A stretch of 64,000 nt of DNA, taken from Eledone cirrhosa. Its lineage: Eukaryota. This document shows, piece by piece, positions 22,351 to 35,700 of this stretch. The DNA lies in assembly GCA_964016885.1 (NCBI GenBank), contig OZ024740.1, forward strand, positions 38,502,001-38,566,000. Direction: 5' to 3'. The number at the start of each line of letters is the position of its first letter. Position 1 is the stretch's first letter. Both the position numbers and the translations under genes were made by a program. The notes under the pieces are model-generated. The model searched no databases, was not told where the DNA came from, and saw nothing but the letters and a program-made list of their open reading frames with translations.

Positions 22351-25300
22351 ATGGGAGTATGTGTATGGGGTATAGTACTGTATGGAGGTATGTGATGGTA
22401 TGTGTATGGGGTATAGTACTGTATGGTAGTATGTGATGGTATGTATATGGGGTATAGTACTGTATGATGGTATGTGATGGTATGTGTATGGGGTATAGTA
22501 CTGTATGGTGGTATGTGATGGTACGTGTATGGGGTATAGTACTGTATGGTGGTATGTGATGATGTGTATGAGGTGTAGTACTGTACGGTCGTATGTGATG
22601 GTATGTGTATGGGGTATAATACTGTATGGTGGTATGTGATGGTATGTGTATGAGGTGTAGTACTGTATGGTGGTATGTGATGGTATGTGTATGGGGTATA
22701 GTACTGTATGATGGTATGTGATGGTATGTGTATGGGGTATAGTACTGTATGGTGGTATGTGATGGTACGTGTATGGGGTATAGTACTGTATGTGGTATGT
22801 GATGGTATGTGTATGAGGTGTAGTACTGTATGGTCGTATGTGATGGTATGTGTATGGGGTATAATACTGTATGATGGTATGTGATGGTTGTGTATGGGGT
22901 ATAGTACTGTATGGTGGTATGTGATGGTATGTGTATGGGGTATAGTACTGTATGGTGGTATGTGATGGTATGTGTATGGGGTATAGTACTGTATGGTAGT
23001 ATGGGATGGTATGTGTATGGGGTATAATACTGTATGGTGGTATATGATGGTATGTGTATGGGGTATAGTACTGTATGGTGGTATGTGATGGTTGTGTATG
23101 GGGTATAGTACTGTATGGTGGTATGTGATGGTATGTGTATGAGGTGTAGTACTGTATGGTGGTATGTGATGGTATGTGTATGGGGTATAGTACTGTATGG
23201 TGGTATGTGATGGTATGTGTATGGGGTATAATACTGTATGGTGGTATGTGATGGTATGTGTATGGGGTATAGTACTGTATGGTGGTATGTGATGGTATGT
23301 GTATGGGGTATAGTACTGTATGGTGGTATGTGATGGTATGTGTATGAGGTGTAGTACTGTATGGTGGTATTTGATGGTATGTGCATGAGGTGTAGTACTG
23401 CATGGTGGTATATGATGGTATGTGTATGGGGTATAGTACTGTATGGTGGTATGTGATGGTATGTGTATGGGGTATAGTACTGTATGGTGGTATGTGATGG
23501 TACGTGTATGGGGTATAGTACTGTATGGTGGTATGTGATGGTATGTGTATGGGGTATAGTACTGTATGGTGGTATGTGATGGTATGTGTATGGGGTATAC
23601 TACTGTATGGTGGTATGTGATGGTATGTGTATGGGGTATAATACTGTATGGTGGTATATGATGGTATGTGTATGGGGTATAGTACTGTATGGTGGTATGC
23701 GATGGTATGTGTATGAGGTGTAGTACTGTATGGTGGTATGTGATGGTACGTGTATGAGGTGTAGTACTGTATGGTGGTATGTGATGGCACGTGTATGGGG
23801 TATAGTACTGTATGGTGGTATGTGATGGTATGTGTATGGGGTATAGTATTGTATGGTGGTATGTGATGGTATGTGTATGGGGTATAGTACTGTATGGTGG
23901 TATGTGATGGTACGTGTATGGGGTATAGTACTGTATGGTGGTATATGATGGTATGTGTATGGGGTATAGTACTGTATGGTGGTATGTGATGGTATGTGTA
24001 TGAGGTGTAGTACTGTATGGTAGTATGTGATGGTATGTGTATGGGGTATAGTACTGTATGGTGGTATGTGATGGTATGTGTATGGGGTATACTACTGTAT
24101 GGTGGTATGTGATGGTATGTGTATGGGGTATAATACTGTATGGTGGTATATGATGGTATGTGTATGGGGTATAGTACTGTATGGTGGTATGCGATGGTAT
24201 GTGTATGAGGTGTAGTACTGTATGGTGGTATGTGATGGTATGTGTATGGGGTATAGTACTGTATGGTGGTATATGATGGTACGTGTATGAGGTGTAGTAC
24301 TGTATGGTGGTATGTGATGGTATGTGTATGGGGTATAGTACTGTATGGTGGTATATGATGGTACGTGTATTAGGTGTAGTACTGTATGGTGGTATGTGAT
24401 GGTATGTGTATGGGGTATAGTACTGTATGGTGGTATATGATGGTATGTGTATGAGGTGTAGTACTGTATGGTGGTATATGATGGTACGTGTATGGGGTAT
24501 AGTACTGTATGGTGGTATGTGATGGTACGTATATGGGGTATAGTACTGTATGATGGTATGTGATGGTATGTGTATGGGGTATAGTACTGTATGGTGGTAT
24601 GTGATGGTACGTGTATGGGGTATAGTACTGTATGGTGGTATATGATGGTACGTGTATGAGGTGTAGTACTGTATGGTGGTATGTGATGGTACGTATATGG
24701 GGTATAGTACTGTATGATGGTATGTGATGGTATGTGTATGGGGTATAGTACTGTATGGTGGTATGTGATGGTATGTGTATGAGGTGTAGTACTGTATAGT
24801 AGTATGTGATGGTATGTGTATGGGCTATAGTACTGTATGGTGGTATGTGATGGTATGTGTATGGGGTATAGTACTGTATGGTGGTATGTGATGGTATATG
24901 TATGAGGTGTAGTACTGTATGGTGGTATGTGATGGTATGTGTATGGGGTATGTGATGGTATGTGTATGGGGTAAAGTACTGTATGGTGGTATGTGATGGT
25001 ACGTGTATGGGGTATAGTACTGTATAGTGGTATGTGATGGTATGTGTATGGGGTATAGTACTGTATGGTGGTATGTAATGGTATGTGTATGAGGTGTAGT
25101 ACTGTATGGTGGTATGTGATGGTATGTGTATGGGGTATAGTACTGTATGGTGGTATGTGATAGTATGTGTATGAGGTGTAGTACTGTATGGTGGTATGTG
25201 ATGGTATGTGTATGGGGTGTAGTACTGTATGGTGGTATGTGATGGTATGTGTATGGTGGTATGTGATGGTATGTGTATGGGGTATAGTACTGTATGGTGG

Positions 25301-28300
25301 TATATGATGGTATGTGTATGGGGTATAGTACTGTATGGTGGTATGTGATGGTATGTGTATGAGGTGTAGTACTGTATGGTAGTATGTGATGGTATGTGTA
25401 TGGGGTATAGTACTGTATGGTGGTATGTGATGGCACGTGTATGGGGTATAGTACTGTATGGTGGTATGTGATGGTATGTGTATGGGGTATAGTATTGTAT
25501 GGTGGTATGTGATGGTATGTGTATGGGGTATAGTACTGTATGGTGGTATGTGATGGTACGTGTATGGGGTATAGTACTGTATGGTGGTATATGATGGTAT
25601 GTGTATGGGGTATAGTACTGTATGGTGGTATGTGATGGTATGTGTATGAGGTGTAGTACTGTATGGTAGTATGTGATGGTATGTGTATGGGGTATAGTAC
25701 TGTATGGTGGTATGTGATGGTATGTGTATGGGGTAGATTACTGTATGGTGGTATGTGATGGTATGTGTAAGGGGTATACTACAGTATGGTGGTATGTAAT
25801 GGTATGTGTATGGGGTATAGTACTGTATGGTGGTATGTGATGGTATGTGTATGGGGTATAGTACTGTATGGTGGTATATGATGGTATGTGTATGGGGTAT
25901 AGTACTGTATGGTGGTATGTGATGGTATGTGTATGAGGTGTAGTACTGTATGGTGGTATGTGATGGTATGTGTATGGGGTATAGTACTGTATGGTGGTAT
26001 GTGATGGTATGTGTATGGGGTATAGTACTGTATGGTGGTATGTGATGGTATGTGTATGGGGTATAATACTGTATGGTGGTATATGATGGTATGTGTATGG
26101 GGTATACTACTGTATGGTGGTATGTGATGGTATGTGTATGGGGTATAATACTGTATGGTGGTATATGATGGTATGTGTATGGGGTATAGTACTGTATGGT
26201 GGTATGTGATGGTATGTGTATGAGGTGTAGTACTGTATGGTGGTATGTGATGGTATGTGTATGGGGTATAGTACTGTATGGTGGTATGTGATGGTATGTG
26301 TATGAGGTGTAGTACTGTATGGTGGTATGTGATGGTATGTGTATGGGGTATAGTACTGTATGGTGGTATGTGATGGTATGTGTATGGGGTATAGTACTTT
26401 ATGGTGGCATGTGATGGTATGTGTATGAGGTGTAGTACTGTATGGTGGTATGTGATGGTACGTATATGGGGTATAGTACTGTATGGTGGTATGTGATGGT
26501 ATGTGTATGGGGTATAGTACTGTATGGTGGTATGTGATGGTACGTGTATGGGGTATAGTACTGTATGGTGGTATATGATGGTATGTGTATGGGGTATAGT
26601 ACTGTATGGTGGTATGTGATGGTATGTGTATGAGGTGTAGTACTGTATGGTAGTATGTGATGGTATGTGTATGGGGTATAGTACTGTATGGTGGTATGTG
26701 ATGGTATGTGTATGGGGTATAGTACTGTATGGTGGTATGTGATGGTATGTGTATGAGGTGTAGTACAGTATGGTGGTATGTGATGGTATGTGTATGAGGT
26801 ATAGTACTGTATGGTGGTATGTGATGGTATGTGTATGGGGTATAGTACTGTATGGTGGTATGTGATGGTACGTGTATGGGGTATAGTACTGTATGGTGGT
26901 ATGTGATGGTATGTGTATGGGGTATAGTACTGTATGGTGGTATGTGATGCTATGTGTATGAGGTGTAGTACTGTATGGTGGTATGTGATGGTATGTGTAT
27001 GGGGTATAGTACTGTATGGTGGTATGTGATGGTATGTGTATGGGGTATAGTACTGTATGGTGGGATGTGATGGTACGTGTATGGGTATAGTACTGTATGG
27101 TGGTATGTGATGGTATGTGTATGGGGTATAATACTGTATGGTGGTATGTGATGGTATGTGTATGGGGTATAGTACTGTATGGTGGTATGTGATAGTATGT
27201 GTATGAGGTGTAGTACTGTATGGTGGTATGTGATGGTATGTGTATGGGGTGTAGTACTGTATGGTGGTATGTGATGGTATGTGTATGGGGTATAGTACTG
27301 TATGGTGGTATATGATGGTATGTGTATGGGGTATAGTACTGTATGGTGGTATGTGATGGTATGTGTATGAGGTGTAGTACTGTATGGTAGTATGTGATGG
27401 TATGTGTATGGTGTGTAGTACTGTATGGTAGTATGTGATGGTATGTGTATGAGGTGTAGTACTGTATGGTAGTATGTGATGGTATGTGTATGGGGTATAG
27501 TACTGTATGGTGGTATGTGATGGTACGTGTATGGGGTATAGTACTGTATGGTGGTGTGTGATGGTATGTGTATGGGGTATAGTACTGTATGGTGGTATGT
27601 GATGGTACGTGTATGGGGTATAGTACTGTATGGTGGTATGTGATGGTATGTGTATGGGGTATAGTACTGTATGGTGGTATGTGATAGTATGTGTATGGGG
27701 TATAGTACTGTATGGTGGTATGTGATGGTACGTGTATGGGGTATAGTACTGTATGGTGGTATATGATGGTATGTGTATGGGGTATAGTACTGTATGGTGG
27801 TATGTGATGGTATGTGTATGAGGTGTAGTACTGTATGGTAGTATGTGATGGTATGTGTATGGGGTATAGTACTGTATGGTGGTATGTGATGGTACGTGTA
27901 TGGGGTATAGTACTGTATGGTGGTGTGTGATGGTATGTGTATGAGGTGTAGTACTGTATGGTGGTATGTGATGGTATGTGTATGGGGTATAGTACTGTAT
28001 GGTGGTATGTGATGGTATGTGTATGGGGTATAGTACTGTATGGTGGTATGTGATGGTACGTGTATGGGGTATAGTACTGTATGGTGGTATGTGATGGTAT
28101 GTGTATGGGGTATAATACTGTATGGTGGTATGTGATGGTATGTGTATGGGGTATAGTACTGTATGGTGGTATGTGATAGTATGTGTATGAGGTGTAGTAC
28201 TGTATGATGGTATGTGATAGTATGTGTATGAGGTGTAGTACTGTATGGTGGTATGTGATGGTATGTGTATGGGGTATACTACTGTATGGTGGTAGGTGAT

Positions 28301-31300
28301 GGTATGTGTATGGGGTATAGTACTGTATGGTGGTATGTGATGGTATGAGTATGGGGTATAGTACTGTATGGTGGTATGTGATGGTATGTGTATGAGGTGT
28401 AGTACTGTATGGTGGTATGTGATGGTATGTGTATGGGGTATAGTACTGTATGGTGGTATGTGATGGTATGTGTATGGGGTATACTACTGTATGGTGGTAT
28501 GTGATGGTATGTGTATGGGGTATAATACTGTATGGTGGTATATGATGGTATGTGTATGGGGTATAGTACTGTATGGTGGTATGCGATGGTATGTGTATGA
28601 GGTGTAGTACTGTATGGTGGTATGTGATGGTATGTGTATGGGGTATAGTACTGTATGGTGGTATATGATGGTACGTGTATGAGGTGTAGTACTGTATGGT
28701 GGTATGTGATGGTATGTGTATGGGGTATAGTACTGTATGGTGGTATATGATGGTACGTGTATGGGGTATAGTACTGTATGGCGGTATGTGATGGTATATG
28801 TATGGGGTATAGTACTGTATGGTGGTATGTGATGGTATGAGTATGGGGTATAGTACTGTATGGTGGTATGTGATGGTATATGCATGGGGTGTAGTACTGT
28901 ATGGTGGTATGTGATGGTATGTGTATGGGGTATAGTACTGTATGGTGGTATGTGATGGTATGAGTATGGGGTATAGTACTGTATGGTGGTATGTGATGGT
29001 ATGTGTATGGGGTGTAATACTGTATGGTGGTATGTGATGGTATGTGTATGAGGTGTAGTACTGTATGGTGGTATGTGATGGTATGTGTATGGGGTATAGT
29101 ACTGTATGGTGGTATGTGATGGTATGTGTATGGGGTATAGTACTGTATGGTGGCATGTGATGGTATGTGTATGAGGTGTAGTACTGTATGGTGGTATGTG
29201 ATGGTACGTATATGGGGTATAGTACTGTATGATGGTATGTGATGGTATGTGTATGGGGTATAGTACTGTATGGTGGTATGTGATGGTACGTGTATGGGGT
29301 ATAGTACTGTATGGTGGTATATGATGGTATGTGTATGGGGTATAGTACTGTATGGTGGTATGTGATGGTATGTGTATGAGGTGTAGTACTGTATGGTAGT
29401 ATGTGATGGTATGTGTATGGGCTATAGTACTGTATGGTGGTATGTGATGGTATGTGTATGGGGTATAGTACTGTATGGTGGTATGTGATGGTATATGTAT
29501 GAGGTGTAGTACTGTATGGTGGTATGTGATGGTATGTGTATGGGGTATGTGATGGTATGTGTATGGGGTAAAGTACTGTATGGTGGTATGTGATGGTACG
29601 TGTATGGGGTATAGTACTGTATAGTGGTATGTGATGGTATGTGTATGGGGTATAGTACTGTATGGTGGTATGTGATGGTATGTGTATGAGGTGTAGTACT
29701 GTATGGTGGTATGTGATGGTATGTGTATGGGGTATAGTACTGTATGGTGGTATGTGATAGTATGTGTATGAGGTGTAGTACTGTATGGTGGTATGTGATG
29801 GTATGTGTATGGGGTGTAGTACTGTATGGTGGTATGTGATGGTATGTGTATGGTGGTATGTGATGGTATGTGTATGGGGTATAGTACTGTATGGTGGTAT
29901 ATGATGGTATGTGTATGGGGTATAGTACTGTATGGTGGTATGTGATGGTATGTGTATGAGGTGTAGTACTGTATGGTAGTATGTGATGGTATGTGTATGG
30001 GGTGTAGTACTGTATGGTAGTATGTGATGGTATGTGTATGAGGTGTAGTACTGTATGGTAGTATGTGATGGTATGTGTATGGGGTATAGTACTGTATGGT
30101 GGTATGTGATGGCACGTGTATGGGGTATAGTACTGTATGGTGGTATGTGATTGTATGTGTATGGGGTATAGTATTGTATGGTGGTATGTGATGGTATGTG
30201 TATGGGGTATAGTACTGTATGGTGGTATGTGATGGTACGTGTATGGGGTATAGTACTGTATGGTGGTATATGATGGTATGTGTATGGGGTATAGTACTGT
30301 ATGGTGGTATGTGATGGTATGTGTATGAGGTGTAGTACTGTATGGTAGTATGTGATGGTATGTGTATGGGGTATAGTACTGTATGGTGGTATGTGATGGT
30401 ATGTGTATGGGGTAGATTAGTGTATGGTGGTATGTGATGGTATGTGTAAGGGGTATACTACAGTATGGTGGTATGTAATGGTATGTGTATGGGGTATAGT
30501 ACTGTATGGTGGTATGTGATGGTATGTGTATGGGGTATAGTACTGTATGGTAGTATGTGATGGTATGTGTATGGGGTATAGTACTGTATGGTGGTATGTG
30601 ATGGTATGTGTATGAGGTGTAGTACTGTATGGTAGTATGTGATGGTATGTGTATGGGGTGTAGTACTGTATGGTAGTATGTGATGGTATGTGTATGAGGT
30701 GTAGTACTGTATGGTAGTATGTGATGGTATGTGTATGGGGTATAGTACTGTATGGTGGTATGTGATGGCACGTGTATGGGGTATAGTACTGTATGGTGGT
30801 ATGTGATGGTATGTGTATGGGGTATAGTATTGTATGGTGGTATGTGATGGTATGTGTATGGGGTATAGTACTGTATGGTGGTATGTGATGGTACGTGTAT
30901 GGGGTATAGTACTGTATGGTGGTATATGATGGTATGTGTATGGGGTATAGTACTGTATGGTGGTATGTGATGGTATGTGTATGAGGTGTAGTACTGTATG
31001 GTGGTATGTGATGGTATGTGTATGGGGTATAGTACTGTATGGTGGTATGTGATGGTATGTGTATGGGGTATAGTACTGTATGGTGGTATGTGATGGTATG
31101 TGTATGGGGTATAATACTGTATGGTGGTATATGATGGTATGTGTATGGGGTATACTACTGTATGGTGGTATGTGATGGTATGTGTATGGGGTATAATACT
31201 GTATGGTGGTATATGATGGTATGTGTATGGGGTATAGTACTGTATGGTGGTATGTGATGGTATGTGTATGAGGTGTAGTACTGTATGGTGGTATGTGATG

Positions 31301-32799
31301 GTATGTGTATGGGGTATAGTACTGTATGGTGGTATGTGATGGTATGTGTATGAGGTGTAGTACTGTATGGTGGTATGTGATGGTATGTGTATGGGGTATA
31401 GTACTGTATGGTGGTATATGATGGTACGTGTATGAGGTGTAGTACAGTATGGTGGTATGTGATGGTATGTGTATGGGGTATAGTACTGTATGGTGGTATA
31501 TGATGGTACGTGTATTAGGTGTAGTACTGTATGGTGGTATGTGATGGTATGTGTATGGGGTATAGTACTGTATGGTGGTATGTGATGGTATGTGTATGGG
31601 GTGTAATACTGTATGGTGGTATGTGATGGTATGTGTATGAGGTGTAGTACTGTATGGTGGTATGTGATGGTATGTGTATGGGGTATAATACTGTATGGTG
31701 GTATGTGATGGTATGTGTATGGGGTATAGTACTTTATGGTGGCATGTGATGGTATGTGTATGAGGTGTAGTACTGTATGGTGGTATGTGATGGTACGTAT
31801 ATGGGGTATAGTACTGTATGGTGGTATGTGATGGTATGTGTATGGGGTATAGTACTGTATGGTGGTATGTGATGGTACGTGTATGGGGTATAGTACTGTA
31901 TGGTGGTATATGATGGTATGTGTATGGGGTATAGTACTGTATGGTGGTATGTGATGGTATGTGTATGAGGTGTAGTACTGTATGGTAGTATGTGATGGTA
32001 TGTGTATGGGGTATAGTACTGTATGGTGGTATGTGATGGTATGTGTATGGGGTATAGTACTGTATGGTGGTATGTGATGGTATGTGTATGAGGTGTAGTA
32101 CTGTATGGTGGTATGTGATGGTATATGTATGGGGTATAGTACTGTATGGTGGTATGTGATGGTATGTGTATGGGGTATAGTACTGTATGGTGGTATGTGA
32201 TGGTACGTGTATGGGGTATAGTACTGTATGGTGGTATGTGATGGTATGTGTATGGGGTATAGTACTGTATGGTGGTATGTGATGCTATGTGTATGAGGTG
32301 TAGTACTGTATGGTGGTATGTGATGGTATGTGTATGGGGTATAGTACTGTATGGTGGTATGTGATGGTATGTGTATGGGGTATAGTACTGTATGGTGGGA
32401 TGTGATGGTACGTGTATGGGTATAGTACTGTATGGTGGTATGTGATGGTATGTGTATGGGGTATAATACTGTATGGTGGTATGTGATGGTATGTGTATGG
32501 GGTATAGTACTGTATGGTGGTATGTGATAGTATGTGTATGAGGTGTAGTACTGTATGGTGGTATGTGATGGTTTGTGTATGGGGTGTAGTACTGTATGGT
32601 GGTATGTGATGGTATGTGTATGGGGTATAGTACTGTATGGTGGTATATGATGGTATGTGTATGGGGTATAGTACTGTATGGTGGTATGTGATGGTATGTG
32701 TATGAGGTGTAGTACTGTATGGTAGTATGTGATGGTATGTGTATGGGGTGTAGTACTGTATGGTAGTATGTGATGGTATGTGTATGAGGTGTAGTACTG

Positions 32800-35700
32800 T
32801 ATGGTAGTATGTGATGGTATGTGTATGGGGTATAGTACTGTATGGTGGTATGTGATGGTACGTGTATGGGGTATAGTACTGTATGGTGGTGTGTGATGGT
32901 ATGTGTATGGGGTATAGTACTGTATGGTGGTATGTGATGGTACGTGTATGGGGTATAGTACTGTATGGTGGTATGTGATGGTATGTGTATGGGGTATAGT
33001 ACTGTATGGTGGTATGTGATAGTATGTGTATGGGGTATAGTACTGTATGGTGGTATGTGATGGTACGTGTATGGGGTATAGTACTGTATGGTGGTATATG
33101 ATGGTATGTGTATGGGGTATAGTACTGTATGGTGGTATGTGATGGTATGTGTATGAGGTGTAGTACTGTATGGTAGTATGTGATGGTATGTGTATGGGGT
33201 ATAGTACTGTATGGTGGTATGTGATGGTACGTGTATGGGGTATAGTACTGTATGGTGGTGTGTGATGGTATGTGTATGAGGTGTAGTACTGTATGGTGGT
33301 ATGTGATGGTATGTGTATGGGGTATAGTACTGTATGGTGGTATGTGATGGTATGTGTATGGGGTATAGTACTGTATGGTGGTATGTGATGGTACATGTAT
33401 GGGGTATAGTACTGTATGGTGGTATGTGATGGTATGTGTATGGGGTATAATACTGTATGGTGGTATGTGATGGTATGTGTATGGGGTATAGTACTGTATG
33501 GTGGTATGTGATAGTATGTGTATGAGGTGTAGTACTGTATGATGGTATGTGATAGTATGTGTATGAGGTGTAGTACTGTATGGTGGTATGTGATGGTATG
33601 TGTATGGGGTATACTACTGTATGGTTGTAGGTGATGGTATGTGTATGGGGTATAGTACTGTATGGTGGTATGTGATGGTATGAGTATGGGGTATAGTACT
33701 GTATGGTGGTATGTGATGGTATGTGTATGAGGTGTAGTACTGTATGGTGGTATGTGATGGTATGTGTATGAGGTGTAATACTGTATGGTGGTATGTGATG
33801 GTATGTGTATTAGGTGTAGTACTGTATGGTGGTATGTGATGGTATGTGTATGAGGTGTAATACTGTATGGTGGTATGTGATGGTATGTATATGAGGTGTA
33901 GTACTGTATGGTGGTTTGTGATGGTATGTGTATGAGGTGTAGTACTGTATGGTGGTATGTGATTGTATGTGTATGGGGTATAGTACTGTATGGATGTATG
34001 TGATGGTATGTGTATGGGGTATAGTACTGTATGGTGGTATGTGATGGTATGTGTATGGGGTATAGTACTGTATGGTGGTATTTGATGGTACATGTATGGG
34101 GTATAGTACTGTATGGTGGTATGTGATGGTATGTGTATGAGGTGTAGTACTGTATGGTCGTATGTGATGGTATGTGTATGGGGTATAATACTGTGTGGTG
34201 GTATATGATGGTATGTGTATGAGGTGTAGTACTGTATGGTGGTATGTGATGATATGTGTATGGGGTATAGTACTGTATGGTGGTATGTGATGGTATGTGT
34301 ATGGGGTATAGTACTGTATGGTGGTATTTGATGGTACATGTATGGGGTATAGTACTGTATGGTGGTATGTGATGGTATGTGTATGAGGTGTAGTACTGTA
34401 TGGTCGTATGTGATGGTATGTGTATGGGGTATAATACTGTATGGTGGTATATGATGGTATGTGTATGGGGTATATTACTGTATGGTGGTATGTGATGGTA
34501 TGTGTATGGGGTATAGTACTGTATGGTGGTATGTGATGGTATGTGTATGAGGTGTAGTACTGTATGGTGGTATGTGATGGTATGTGTATGGGGTATAGTA
34601 CTGTATAGTGGTATGTGATGCTATGTGTATGGGGTATAGTACTGTATGGTGGTATGTGATGGTATGTGTATGGGGTATAGTACTGTATGGTGGTATGTGT
34701 ATGAGGTGTAGTACTGTATGGTGGTATGTGATGGTATGTGTATGAGGTGTAGTACTGTATGGTGGTATGTGATGGTATGTGTATGAGGTGTAGTACTGTA
34801 TGGTGGTATGTGATGGTACGTGTATGGGGTATAGTACTGTATGGTGGTGTGTGATGGTATGTGTATGAGGTGTAGTACTGTATGTTGGTATGTGATGGTA
34901 TGTGTATGGGGTATAGTACTGTATGGTGGTATGTGATGGTATGTGTATGGGGTATAGTACTGTATGGTGGTACGTGATGGTACGTTTATGGGGTATAGTA
35001 CTGTATGGTGGTATGTGATGGTATGTGTATGGGGTATAATACTGTATGGTGGTATGTGATGGTATGTGTATGGGGTATAGTACTGTATGGTGGTATGTGA
35101 TGGTATGTGTATGGGGTATATTACTGTATGGTGGTATGTGATGGTATGTGTATGGGGTATAGTACTGTATGGTGGTATGTGATAGTATGTGTATGAGGTG
35201 TAGTACTGTATGGTGGTATGTGATGGTATGTGTATGGGGTATAGTACTGTATGGTGGTATGTGATGGTATGTGTATGAGGTGTAGTACTGTATGATGGTA
35301 TGTGATAGTATGTGTATGAGGTGTAGTACTGTATGGTGGTATGTGATGGTATGTGTATGGGGTATACTACTGTATGGTGGTAGGTGATGGTATGTGTATG
35401 GGGTATAGTACTGTATGGTGGTATGTGATGGTATGAGTATGGGGTATAGTACTGTATGGTGGTATGTGATGGTATGTGTATGAGGTGTAGTACTGTATGG
35501 TGGTATGTGATGGTATGTGTATGGGGTATAGTACTGTATGGTGGTATGTGATGGTATGTGTATGAGGTGTAATACTGTATGGTGGTTTGTGATGGTATGT
35601 GTATGGGGTATAGTACTGTATGGTGGTATGTGATGGTATGTGTATGAGGTGTAATACTGTATGGTGGTTTGTGATGGTATGTGTATTAGGTGTAGTACTG

